Shown here: in pieces, positions 49,072 through 58,673 of the stretch
Position numbering within the stretch: position 1 is the stretch's first letter
Layout of the letters: each line of letters opens with the position of its first letter
The notes under the pieces: model-generated
What the model was told of the DNA's origin: nothing
Database searches by the model: none
What the model saw: only the letters and a program-made list of their open reading frames with translations
Position numbers and translations under genes: made by a program
Origin: an uncultured Actinomycetota bacterium
Lineage (GTDB): Bacteria; Actinomycetota; UBA4738; HRBIN12
Assembly (NCBI GenBank): GCA_963702405.1
Contig: CAVPCM010000008.1
Coordinates: forward strand, 132,849 to 196,848
DNA: 64,000 nucleotides
Direction of reading: 5' to 3'

Positions 49072-52059
49072 CTATTTCGCCTTGCCCTGCGAGAGCTGAC
49101 GCAGCTCGCGGACGAGTGCCTGCTCCGCCTTCACCCAATGGTTGGGGTCGTGCTCGACCTCGTCCGCGACGGGCTCCGGCGCGGACAGATCCTCCGCGGG
49201 CTCCGACGGCGCCGGGCCGGCCGCCCCACCCGCCGGGAGGAAGACCGTGAACGAGGAGCCGCCGCCCTCGCGGGGTTCGATCTTGGCCCACCCGCCCTGC
49301 ACCTCTGCGAGCCGTCGCACCATGGGGCTGAGGGAAGTCTCGGACGATGCCTCCGCGTCCTCGACGACGATCAGCGCCCCGCCCCGCTCGTGGAGGAGGC
49401 GCACCGTGATCGTCTTGCCCGCGGGTGTGCGGTCGGCGACGCCGCCGAGCAGGCCGAGCAGGATCTGCTCCGTCCTCGTGCGGTCGACCGACATGGTGAC
49501 GGGCTCCGCCTCCACCCGCACGTCCTGGTCCGTCTCGATCCCTGATTCGTCCACGACGCGTCGCATCAGCGATTCGAGGTCGGTGTTCCGCCACTCGAGC
49601 GCGATCGTGCCGGTCACGAGGGAGTCGATGTCCGACAGGTCGCGGATCGTGTTGTCGAGTCGGCGAGCGTGCGCGGTGAGCTGTTGGACGAGCTGTGCCT
49701 GTTCCTTGGCGCCGGGCTTGTGCTTGAGGAGCTGCGTCACGCCGATCATCCGCGAGATCGTCTTCTGCGCGTCCATCGACATCTCCTTCAGGAAGGGTGT
49801 CGACAACCGACGATCCTCTTCGGGCGCGGCGTCGTCGGTCTCGCGGTGCTCGTGCTTCGGGCCCTGGAGCTCGCGCATCTGATCGGCCATCTGGTGCTGT
49901 CGGAGCTTCGCCTGGAGCTCCTCGAGCCGTTCGGCGTCGAGCGCTGCCTGCCGCTCTACCTCGCGAACCCGCTCCTCCGCGGCTATCAGCTTCTCGCTCT
50001 GTCCGGCGAGCCGCTGTTGGGTCGCCGTCAGCAGCTCGTCGAGGTGCGCGCGACCTTCGTCCTCGGCGACCTCCAGTGCTCGCCTCGCCTCCATCTCCTG
50101 AAGGCGGCGGTTCATCTCGGTGTTCGCCTGCGCCGCGGCTTCGAGCTCGGCGGCGAGGCGATCCGCCTGCTCGGCGAGGCGGGCCGTCTCTTCCTGGGTC
50201 AGTGCGTCGGAGCTCTCGAGCGCCACCCGGGTCGCGCGCTCCGACGCGGCCTCCGCCTGCGCCTTGTCCAGCGCGGTCTTGAGCTTCGCGATCTCCTCGG
50301 CGAGCGCGTGGCGATCCTCCTGGGCCCGACGGACCTCGTTCGCCGCGCCGTCGAAGGCACCCTGGCGCTCGGACAGCCCTTGCTGCAGCAGCGCGATACG
50401 GTCGTGCGCCGCTTCGAGTTCGGCGCGAGCGCTCTCCAGGTCGACGACCCGGGCCTCCGATTCCGCCCGAGCCGCTTCGAGGTCGGCGCCGGCGGCGGCC
50501 ACGCGAGCGCTGGCCTCTTCTGCGCCCTTGGCGACGGCGGTCACGCGATCCTCGTACTCCTTCTCGGACTTGGCGAGCTCTGTCGTATGCCGGGTCTCGG
50601 CCTCGGCCAACTGGCTCTGGAATTCTTCGCGGAGGGTGCGGACCTGGTCCTCCAGCTCCGCCTCCCGCTCGACGAGCTCGGCCCGGTGTGACGCGTGCAG
50701 GCTCTCGACCTCGGCCTTCACCGTTCGGAGCTCGTCGGTGAGTTCGGCCGCCCGCTGCTCCTCACTGCGCAGCGCCCGGAGCTCCCCGCGCGCGTCGTCC
50801 AGCTCGGTGCGGGCGCTGCGCAGCTCCGATCCCATCGCGTCCATCGCGTCGCGCGCGTGGAGCGCCTCCAGCTGTGCGGCATCCAACTCTTCCTGGAGCT
50901 CACGCGAGCGCTCCGCCTGACGCTGCAGCGTCTCGACCTGCTGGATCGTCATCGAGAGCTGTGTCTGCGCCCCTTCGAGCTCCGCCCGGAGGCCGATCGC
51001 CTCGGCTTCCACCTGCTTGAGGTCCTCGGTCGCCGGGCCGGCGACCGTGTCCCGGCGAGCCAGCAGCTCGCCGGCGATCCGGTCGCGCTCGGCCGTGACG
51101 CTGTGGAGGCGCTGCTCGAGCGCGCGAACGGCGGACTCGGCCTTGACCGCGCGCTCCTCGTCCTCGCGGCTCCGACCGGGGGGCTGCTCGCGGAGCATCC
51201 GCTGTGCCGCCTGGAGCTCGTCGAGGGTGGCGCGATACTGGTCCTGCAGGAGGGTCACTCGTTGCTCGGCTTCCTGAGCGCGGGTCTCGGCTCGACGACG
51301 CGCTTCGGCCTCTTCCTTCATCCCCGGCTGGGGAGGTTGGATCACGCGCTTGGCCGACGCGCCCGGCGTGCGCCCGGGGATCACGGGGACTCGCTGTCGG
51401 ACCTCCTGAACGTCCGACGCCTCGCCTCCACGGAGCATCGGGGCTCCGGCGGCGAGCACGACGAGGATCAAGGCGCCGGCCAGGAAGAACATGTTGGTCC
51501 GCCACGGTCCCGCGGCACTCGCGATGTCGTCGGCGGGTCGCGACAGTTCCACGGCGGCGGTGGTGCCGGCACCGGACGGGAAGTGGAGCCCGACAGTCAC
51601 GATCAGGCGCCCATCCACCAGCCGGGTCTGGGGCTCACCTCGGAAGGCCGCGCTGATGCGCGAGCGCTCTCCCGTCAGCTGCTGGCCGATGTTCCCATCC
51701 TCGGTCGAGAAGAGGATCTCGCCGTTCGACGCGTACAGGATCACGCTCTCGAAGTCGCTGGGATCGAAGACGACGTCGTCGATCGCGTGGGTGAGCTCCC
51801 GGATCCGCTCGGAGGGAAGATCTCGTTGCAGGTCCTCGGGATCGAACACGAGGGTGAGCGAACTGTCGACGAGGGCCTCCGCCTGCTCGGCAACGGCGTC
51901 GCGAGCCGCCGCCTGCGCGCGAACGCTCATCCAGAACGAGCCGGCGACGCCGAGCACCAGCAGCACGATGAGCGCGATGTGAACCCTGCGTGCCAGCCCG
52001 TTCCCAGTCAGCATGTACCTACCAGCCCCCTGTGCGGTCTCCGGCCTCGTTATCGGCAC
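49072..52059 (-). CDS. Membrane protein with a ~500-aa coiled coil and a degenerate histidine-kinase-like C-terminus (pseudo-HK)
   Basis: TM - about 150-aa ectodomain - TM. A long EAR/QL-rich heptad region follows. The HisKA-like helix (EMSMDAQKTISRMIGVTQLL) lacks the phospho-acceptor His, and the HATPase_c-like end lacks N, G1 and G2 boxes. Confidence 0.6.
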   Translation of the reverse strand: MPITRPETAQGAGRYMLTGNGLARRVHIALIVLLVLGVAGSFWMSVRAQAAARDAVAEQAEALVDSSLTLVFDPEDLQRDLPSERIRELTHAIDDVVFDPSDFESVILYASNGEILFSTEDGNIGQQLTGERSRISAAFRGEPQTRLVDGRLIVTVGLHFPSGAGTTAAVELSRPADDIASAAGPWRTNMFFLAGALILVVLAAGAPMLRGGEASDVQEVRQRVPVIPGRTPGASAKRVIQPPQPGMKEEAEARRRAETRAQEAEQRVTLLQDQYRATLDELQAAQRMLREQPPGRSREDEERAVKAESAVRALEQRLHSVTAERDRIAGELLARRDTVAGPATEDLKQVEAEAIGLRAELEGAQTQLSMTIQQVETLQRQAERSRELQEELDAAQLEALHARDAMDAMGSELRSARTELDDARGELRALRSEEQRAAELTDELRTVKAEVESLHASHRAELVEREAELEDQVRTLREEFQSQLAEAETRHTTELAKSEKEYEDRVTAVAKGAEEASARVAAAGADLEAARAESEARVVDLESARAELEAAHDRIALLQQGLSERQGAFDGAANEVRRAQEDRHALAEEIAKLKTALDKAQAEAASERATRVALESSDALTQEETARLAEQADRLAAELEAAAQANTEMNRRLQEMEARRALEVAEDEGRAHLDELLTATQQRLAGQSEKLIAAEERVREVERQAALDAERLEELQAKLRQHQMADQMRELQGPKHEHRETDDAAPEEDRRLSTPFLKEMSMDAQKTISRMIGVTQLLKHKPGAKEQAQLVQQLTAHARRLDNTIRDLSDIDSLVTGTIALEWRNTDLESLMRRVVDESGIETDQDVRVEAEPVTMSVDRTRTEQILLGLLGGVADRTPAGKTITVRLLHERGGALIVVEDAEASSETSLSPMVRRLAEVQGGWAKIEPREGGGSSFTVFLPAGGAAGPAPSEPAEDLSAPEPVADEVEHDPNHWVKAEQALVRELRQLSQGKAK

Positions 52060-52177
52060 GGCTCCGGAGCGGGTTCAGTGCCGACCGGGGGATTCCTCTT
52101 GGTCATTCGGGAGCGACGAAGGACCTAGGGCGGATGGCGGCCGGCTCCTGGCTCGTCGGAGGGGCAGACCGCCCACG

Positions 52178-52924
52178 TCATTCCTCGACGAGCGTCCTGT
52201 CGATGACGCGCCACATCGTGCCCGTCCAGATAAGCGTCGTTCGCCGGATGGCACTCGGGCAACAATGGGCGTCGCCCTGCCGATAGACCGATCCGGTCAG
52301 CACGAGGCCGGGCGAGCCCGGCGGCCCCGGCTCGATGCGCCCGTCGCACAGATCCCGCCGGTACGTCTCCTTCACCCGGGCCAGATCCACCACGGACCAT
52401 CGCCCGCACGCCCCGGAGCCTCCGACCCCCTCGAAGACCAAAGCATCGTCCGAACCGTCCCCGGTCAGGTCCGCCGTGGTGATCTGGATCTCCTGGATGC
52501 CGTCCTCGGGATCGTGCCGCGTGACGAGGCCCGTCCGCCAATGCGGTTCCGCATCGAAATGGCGCCAGACGGCGAAGCCTCGGGGGAGCCGGGAATAGTC
52601 GGTGCCGGGCTCCACCCACGCGATCAGCACCGCGGCGCCCCGGTCCGTGAACGCGAACCACTCGCCCGTCACGTCCGCACCGGTCGGGACCAGCTCCTCC
52701 GGGGGGAGGTCGGGAGGTGGGAGATCGGCGACGAACGCGGTCGGCATGGCCCCGGCCTCCGGGTCGGGGCTCGGACTCGGCTCGGGACTGGGAGACGGCT
52801 CGGGACTGAGAGAGGTCGTCACGCTCACGCTCGCGCGCGGTGTCGGGCTCGAGGGCGCAGGCGCTTCCTCCGCGCACCCGGCCGTCGCGAGCGCAACGGT
52901 CAACGCCCCGGCCCAGATCCGCAT
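52178..52924 (-). CDS. Lipoprotein (lipobox LATAGC), hypothetical
   Basis: A signal peptide plus Cys; an (SPEP)n linker; and a C-terminal globular domain with CxxxxC...CC. Confidence 0.6.
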   Translation of the reverse strand: MRIWAGALTVALATAGCAEEAPAPSSPTPRASVSVTTSLSPEPSPSPEPSPSPDPEAGAMPTAFVADLPPPDLPPEELVPTGADVTGEWFAFTDRGAAVLIAWVEPGTDYSRLPRGFAVWRHFDAEPHWRTGLVTRHDPEDGIQEIQITTADLTGDGSDDALVFEGVGGSGACGRWSVVDLARVKETYRRDLCDGRIEPGPPGSPGLVLTGSVYRQGDAHCCPSAIRRTTLIWTGTMWRVIDRTLVEE

Positions 52925-52981
52925 CGTCCGATGCTATCGGCGTTCCAGCGACCCCTTCCGAGCGCCCCGTAGGATGCGCAC

Positions 52982-53500
52982 GTGTCCTCGTCCGGCGCGC
53001 GCACCGTCTCCGATTCGGAGGTGACCCTCACCCAGATGATGGAGGTGACCGACGCGAACATCGCCGGGAACGTCCACGGGGGCGCGATCATGCGCCTCGT
53101 GGACACGGCCGCCGCCCTGGCCGCGATCAAGCATTCCGGGGGCGTGGCCCTCACCGTCGGGATCGACGAGATGTCGTTCCTCGAGCCCGTCCACATCGGT
53201 GAGGTGGTCGTCCTCAAGGCATGCGTGAACGACGTCGGCCGGACCTCGATGGAGTGCGGGGTCCGGGTCGAGGCCCAGGACCCGCTCACCGGGGCGGTCC
53301 GGCACGTGAACAGCGCGTACCTTGTCTTCGTCGCCGTGGACGCGGCCGGCCGCCCTCGACCGGTCCGGCAGCTGCTCGCCGAGACGGACACGCAACGCCG
53401 GCGCCAGCAGGAGGCGAAGCTCCGGCGAGAGCGCCGGATCGCCCACAAGGAGGCGATCGACAGCGCTCGGGCCGCGAAGGACGCTCCCGAGAGCGCCTGA
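52982..53500 (+). CDS. Acyl-CoA thioesterase (hotdog fold, YciA/Acot-like)
   Basis: ANIAGNVHGGAIMRLVDTAAA ... SMECGVRVEA. The protein is 172 aa. Confidence 0.75.
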   Translation: MSSSGARTVSDSEVTLTQMMEVTDANIAGNVHGGAIMRLVDTAAALAAIKHSGGVALTVGIDEMSFLEPVHIGEVVVLKACVNDVGRTSMECGVRVEAQDPLTGAVRHVNSAYLVFVAVDAAGRPRPVRQLLAETDTQRRRQQEAKLRRERRIAHKEAIDSARAAKDAPESA

Positions 53501-53586
53501 CGTCTCGTCCGGGGCGACGGCCTCCCGTCGGGGTTCCTCCGTCTGCGTGGGAGGATGGAAGAGACGACCACGAGAGGACCCATCGG

Positions 53587-56316
53587 ATGACCTCGGAACT
53601 GGCCGGCGCCCGGAAGCGGCTGGAGACCGCCGAAGGAGCCCTCGACATCTACTCGCTTCCCTGGCTCGCGGAGTCGGGCGTCGCCGACGTCAGCCGCCTC
53701 CCGCTGACGGTCCGCATCCTCGTCGAGAACCTCCTCCGTCGGGCCGGTTCGAGGGACGTCGCGGACGGGGACGTGCGCGCGCTCGCACGGTGGCCGGAAC
53801 CGGCGGCGGACGTGGCGTTCATGCCGGGCCGGGTCCTGATGCAGGACTTCACGGGGGTCCCTGCGGTCGTCGATCTTGCCGCGATGCGGGGTGCGGTCGC
53901 CCGGGCCGGCGGGGATCCGGCCGCCGTCGATCCGCTCGTACCGGTCGACCTGATCATCGATCACTCGGTCCAGGTGGACCTCTTCCGCTCCCGGGACGCG
54001 TACGAGGCCAACATCGATTGGGAGTACCGGCGCAACGGTGAGCGCTACGCGCTGCTCCGATGGGCCCAGCAGGCCTTCGACGGACTCCGTGTCGTCCCGC
54101 CCGGCGCCGGCATCTGCCACCAGGTGAACCTGGAGCATCTCGGCCAGGTCGTGAGCGTCCGGGACGGCGTGGCCTTCCCCGACACGCTGATGGGCACGGA
54201 CTCCCACACCACGATGGTCAACGGGCTCGGGGTCCTGGGATGGGGCGTCGGCGGGATCGAGGCCGAGGCGGCGATGCTCGGTCAGCCCACGTTCCTCCCA
54301 CAGCCCGACGTGGTCGGCGTGCAGGTGACGGGCGAGCTCCCCGCCGGCACGACCGCGACCGACCTCGTTCTGACGCTGACCCAGATGCTCCGTGCCCACG
54401 GCGTGGTGGGCCGGTTCGTCGAGTTCTACGGGGTCGGTCTCTCCTCCCTCGCCATCGCCGATCGCGCGACGCTGTCGAACATGTGTCCCGAGTACGGGGC
54501 CACGTCCGCCTACTTCCCGGTCGACGAGCGGACGCTCGAGTACCTCCGGTTCACGGGACGGGGAGCGTTGATCGATCGCGTCGAGCGATACACGAAGGCG
54601 CAGGGGCTGTTCCGGACCGATGCCGATGAGCCGCCGACCTTCACGGAGACGTTGGACCTCGATCTGTCCGCGGTCGAGCCCTCGATGGCGGGTCCTCGCC
54701 GGCCGCAGGATCGAGTCGCCCTCCCCGACGTCTGGGGCTCGTTCGTCGACGCCTTCCATCGCCATCTCGAGCCCGAACCGAAGCCGACCGAGCTCGGTCG
54801 ATTCGTCGCCGAGGGAGGGACCCCCGCCGCGGATGGGGGGCAGCGAGGATGGACCGAGGACGTGACCCCGAACGGCGACGACGTCCGACACGGCTCCGTC
54901 GTGATCGCCGCGATCACGTCGTGCACGAACACGTCGAACCCCTCGGTCATGGTCGGCGCCGGCCTGCTCGCCAAGCGCGCGATCGAGGCCGGCCTCGCGT
55001 CGAAGCCGTGGGTGAAGACGTCGCTCGCGCCGGGGTCGCGGGTCGTGACCGACTACCTGGACCGTGCGGGTCTGACGCCGTACCTCGAGAAGCTCGGCTT
55101 CGATCTCGTCGGGTTCGGCTGCACGACGTGCATCGGGAACTCCGGGCCGCTCCCAGACGAAGTCGCGGCGCGGATCGACGAGAAGAACCTGAACGTCGTC
55201 GCGGTCCTATCCGGGAACCGCAATTTCGAGGGGCGGATCCACCCGCAGGTCCGCGCGAGCTACCTGGCGTCGCCGCCGCTGGTCGTGGCCTACGCCCTCG
55301 CCGGCAGGATCGATCTCGATCTGACGACGGAGCCGCTGGGCGAGGGAGACGATGGTCCGGTCTTCCTCCGGGACCTCTGGCCGAGCCCGGCCGACGTGGC
55401 GGAGGTGATCGCCGAAGCGGTCTCGGAGGACCAGTTCATCCAGCAATACGCCAGGATCTGGGACGGCGACGAGCGATGGACCGCGCTCCCGACGCCGACC
55501 GGGCCGGCGTACGACTGGGATCCCGACTCGACGTACGTGCGCGAGCCGCCGTTCTTCCAGAAGGCGTCCGCGGATCCGGTGGGGGTCGGGGAGGTCGAGG
55601 GTTCCCGGATCGAGGGCGCCCGGATCCTCGTCGCCGTCGGCGACTCCATCACGACCGATCACATCTCGCCCGCGGGCGCGATCCGTCCCGACTCGCCCGC
55701 AGGTCGGTACCTCCTCGAGCACGGGGTTCTGCAGCGGGACTTCAACTCGTACGGGGCGAGGCGCGGCAACCACGAGGTGATGATGCGGGGAACGTTCGCG
55801 AACGTGCGCCTGCGGAACGCGCTCGCGCCGGAGACCGAGGGACCGTGGACGACCCATCTCCCGAGCGATGAGGTGACCAGCGTCTACGAGGCCGCCGTCC
55901 GCTACGCAGAGGAAGGGACGCCGCTGGGCGTCCTCGCGGGGAAGGAATACGGGAGCGGGTCATCCCGCGACTGGGCGGCGAAGGGACCGGCGCTCCTCGG
56001 CGTGCGGTTCGTCCTGGCGGAGTCCTTCGAGCGGATCCACCGACAGAACCTCGTCGGGATGGGCATCCTCCCACTCCAGTACAAGCAAGGGGGAACCGCC
56101 GCGGGCCACGGCCTCTCCGGCCGCGAGACCTACTCGATCCAGGGCCTGGAGATCGGGATCGCTCCCGGGCAGGACGCCACCGTGGAAGTCGTGCGCGAGG
56201 ACGGGTCGTCGGATTCGTTCCCGGTGACGGTCCGGATCGACCAGGCGGCGGAGGTGGCGATCTTCGGTCACGGCGGCATCCTCCCGATGGTCCTCCGCGA
56301 GGCGCTCGGGGGCTAG
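53587..56316 (+). CDS. acnA: Aconitate hydratase A
   Basis: 4Fe-4S ligands (SCTNTS, CTTCIGNSG), GTDSHTTM and SRDWAAKG. The protein is 909 aa from MTSELAG, with a GAGAGGA Shine-Dalgarno. Confidence 0.95.
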   Translation: MTSELAGARKRLETAEGALDIYSLPWLAESGVADVSRLPLTVRILVENLLRRAGSRDVADGDVRALARWPEPAADVAFMPGRVLMQDFTGVPAVVDLAAMRGAVARAGGDPAAVDPLVPVDLIIDHSVQVDLFRSRDAYEANIDWEYRRNGERYALLRWAQQAFDGLRVVPPGAGICHQVNLEHLGQVVSVRDGVAFPDTLMGTDSHTTMVNGLGVLGWGVGGIEAEAAMLGQPTFLPQPDVVGVQVTGELPAGTTATDLVLTLTQMLRAHGVVGRFVEFYGVGLSSLAIADRATLSNMCPEYGATSAYFPVDERTLEYLRFTGRGALIDRVERYTKAQGLFRTDADEPPTFTETLDLDLSAVEPSMAGPRRPQDRVALPDVWGSFVDAFHRHLEPEPKPTELGRFVAEGGTPAADGGQRGWTEDVTPNGDDVRHGSVVIAAITSCTNTSNPSVMVGAGLLAKRAIEAGLASKPWVKTSLAPGSRVVTDYLDRAGLTPYLEKLGFDLVGFGCTTCIGNSGPLPDEVAARIDEKNLNVVAVLSGNRNFEGRIHPQVRASYLASPPLVVAYALAGRIDLDLTTEPLGEGDDGPVFLRDLWPSPADVAEVIAEAVSEDQFIQQYARIWDGDERWTALPTPTGPAYDWDPDSTYVREPPFFQKASADPVGVGEVEGSRIEGARILVAVGDSITTDHISPAGAIRPDSPAGRYLLEHGVLQRDFNSYGARRGNHEVMMRGTFANVRLRNALAPETEGPWTTHLPSDEVTSVYEAAVRYAEEGTPLGVLAGKEYGSGSSRDWAAKGPALLGVRFVLAESFERIHRQNLVGMGILPLQYKQGGTAAGHGLSGRETYSIQGLEIGIAPGQDATVEVVREDGSSDSFPVTVRIDQAAEVAIFGHGGILPMVLREALGG

Positions 56317-56357
56317 GGAACCTCGAGACCGCGTGGCGAACCCCCCCGCGATTCGAC

Positions 56358-57056
56358 CTACTGAGCGGCGCCCGGCTCCGCCGTGTACACCGGATCGGTC
56401 GTCGGAGCGTCGGGGCACTCCTGGGACTCCACCGTGACGGCCATGATGTCCGCGGACGACGGATCCGCGTCGAGGAACGCCGCCACAGCACCACTCTCCG
56501 GAGCGAGGCATGCCCCACGGACTGGCTCGCCGTCCTCGATCATCCAGAGCTCGTACACCTTCCCCGGTCCCGGATCGGGCAGGCCGGTCGCCCACACGAG
56601 GGCGCCGGACTCTCCCGGCGTGAAGGACATGGCCAGCTCGCCTGGAGCCGCGCCCTCGAACGCCACGATCGCGGGCCCGGGAACGCCCGGGTTTCCGCCG
56701 TCGCGTGTCGCCAGAAGGATCGCGAAGACGAGCGCTACCGCTGCCGCGACGCCGAAGGCCGCCTGCCACCATCCGAGCCGGGCGTCCCGCCGGGCCCCGA
56801 GGGGTTCGATCGGTGCGGCGGCGCTCCGCCCCTCGGCGAGGATCCGATCCACCATGTCCTCGCGCACGGGACGAGGGTCGAGCGCGAGCGCCAGCATCCC
56901 CGCGACCTCCGCATGCTCGATCTCGAGCCGACGGCACTCCTCGCAGTCGCCGTGCGCGGCCAGCTCCCGTTCCAGCAGCGCTGCGTCGTCGGCGTCCAGG
57001 CCGTCGAGGGCCTGGGCCGCGAGGAGCTCGTCGATCAGCGCGTGGTCGCGGATCAT
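56358..57056 (-). CDS. Anti-sigma factor (RskA-like, TM plus C-terminal domain)
   Basis: An N-terminal anti-sigma helix region with a HGDCEEC zinc motif, one TM, and an ATGA overlap with the sigma stop. Confidence 0.7.
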   Translation of the reverse strand: MIRDHALIDELLAAQALDGLDADDAALLERELAAHGDCEECRRLEIEHAEVAGMLALALDPRPVREDMVDRILAEGRSAAAPIEPLGARRDARLGWWQAAFGVAAAVALVFAILLATRDGGNPGVPGPAIVAFEGAAPGELAMSFTPGESGALVWATGLPDPGPGKVYELWMIEDGEPVRGACLAPESGAVAAFLDADPSSADIMAVTVESQECPDAPTTDPVYTAEPGAAQ

Positions 57057-57661
57057 CGGGTGCCTTCCCCGAGGTTCGCGCGCAGCCGGCGCATCGCGAG
57101 CAGCGTGCGGGACTTCACGGTCCCGAGCGGAAGCCCGGTCCGCTCGGCGATCTGCGATTGCGAGAGTCCCTCGAAGTACATCCGCTCGATCACCTCGCGT
57201 TGCTCGTCCGGGAGCGCACCGAGCGCGGTGCGCACGAGCTTGCGCTCCCGTGGGAGGTCGATCGCCGCGAGGAGGTCGTCGACCGGATCCTCCTCGACGC
57301 CGGTCCCCATCCCCGACGCCTGTTCGGCCCGGCGCCGCTGCGCCTGCTCCCGTCGCACCGCATCCACGGCTCGGTGATGGACCGTTCCCATGAGCCAGGA
57401 CCGGACCGACCCGCGAGCCACGTCGTAGCGATCCGGGTTCCGCCACACGGCGAGGAACGCCTCCTGGACGATCTCCTCCGCGACCTGCGCCTGTCGGACC
57501 AATCGGAAGGCGAGGGCGTGGGCAGCGGCCGCGTAGCGGCTGAAGAGCTCGCGGAACGCCTGCTCGTCGCCGGCGACGAGACGACGCAGGAGATCCTCGT
57601 CACGAGCTCCGCCCGGCTCAACCGAGCGCACGGTCACGCTCCGGCCCGGGTCGATCGTCAT
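57053..57661 (-). CDS. ECF (sigma-70 family group 4) sigma factor
   Basis: Region 2 (FLAVWRNPDRYD) and region 4 (LPDEQREVIERMYFEGLSQSQIAERTGLPLGTVKSR). Confidence 0.85.
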   Translation of the reverse strand: MTIDPGRSVTVRSVEPGGARDEDLLRRLVAGDEQAFRELFSRYAAAAHALAFRLVRQAQVAEEIVQEAFLAVWRNPDRYDVARGSVRSWLMGTVHHRAVDAVRREQAQRRRAEQASGMGTGVEEDPVDDLLAAIDLPRERKLVRTALGALPDEQREVIERMYFEGLSQSQIAERTGLPLGTVKSRTLLAMRRLRANLGEGTR

Positions 57662-57733
57662 CGATGCGTTCGTGGCGCCCGCCTCTCGGGAGATCCGCCA
57701 GAAGATCCGGTGGTCTCCCGGGGTATTCGCAGG

Positions 57734-58564
57734 TCATCGGCTCTCGGATGAGTGGGGGCGCATGCCGCCCTCGGCGGCGTCGAGCAGGTCCTCGAGGCCG
57801 ACGGGATCGGAGGGGTCGTAGATCGCGCTGCCGATCGAGAGCGAGATCCGCCGGGGATGGGTCCTCTTCGCATCGTGCACCGCGATCGCCTCCACCAGAC
57901 GCGAAAGGACGGTGACCTCCGCCCCCCTCGCGTCGCCCGCGAGGAGCACGCAGAACGTGTCCTCGGCGATCCGCGCGGGCAGGTCCGCGTCGCGGATCGC
58001 GCTGATCAGCACGTCCGAGGCCTCGACGGCGCGTTCGTCGACGTCGGTCGGCGTCGTCTCGGCTCCCTCGTGCTCGTTGAACCGCATGAAGAGGAGGACC
58101 AGCGGGGTGCCGGCACGGTCGGCCATCCGGAGCTGATGTTCGGCGATCGCGACGAAGCCTCTGAGGTTGGGCAGCCGGGTGGATTCGTCGATCGTCGCCA
58201 GCTCGCGCCGCATCCGGCGGCGTTCCACCGCGTACCGCACCGCTCGTGGCAGCAGCCCGTCCGCGATCGAGCCTCGGACCAGATGATCGTCCGCTCCCGC
58301 GTGCAGCGCGACGGCACCGTCGGCTTCGTTGCCGGCGGTGGTGAGGACGATGACGGCCGCGGCAGGTGTCTTCAGGCGGAGGGTCTCGAGCGCCTCGAGA
58401 GGTCCCACATCGTCCAGTGCCACGATCACTCCATCCTGGTCGGAGCCGGGACCGAGGGCCGCGAGGTCGGGGATCCGGGTGACCTCGAACCCGTCGCGCT
58501 CGAGATCGGATCCGAAGCCCTCCCCGGTCCCGACCAAGAGCACCCGGATCGCGTCGCCCGTCAC
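57734..58564 (-). CDS. Response-regulator-like protein with an atypical receiver and a degenerate GGDEF domain
   Basis: The receiver-like N-terminus lacks the DD pair. The GGDEF fold has AEDTF where GG(D/E)EF is expected. Confidence 0.65.
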   Translation of the reverse strand: MTGDAIRVLLVGTGEGFGSDLERDGFEVTRIPDLAALGPGSDQDGVIVALDDVGPLEALETLRLKTPAAAVIVLTTAGNEADGAVALHAGADDHLVRGSIADGLLPRAVRYAVERRRMRRELATIDESTRLPNLRGFVAIAEHQLRMADRAGTPLVLLFMRFNEHEGAETTPTDVDERAVEASDVLISAIRDADLPARIAEDTFCVLLAGDARGAEVTVLSRLVEAIAVHDAKRTHPRRISLSIGSAIYDPSDPVGLEDLLDAAEGGMRPHSSESR

Positions 58565-58673
58565 GTTCTCCCCCCTTCGCGACGGGTCATCCTAGCCCCG
58601 GTGGCGATCCTCCACAGGAACGCCACCCGCCGCGCCGAGAACGACCAGCCCACACCGGTACGCTGGAAGGCGT

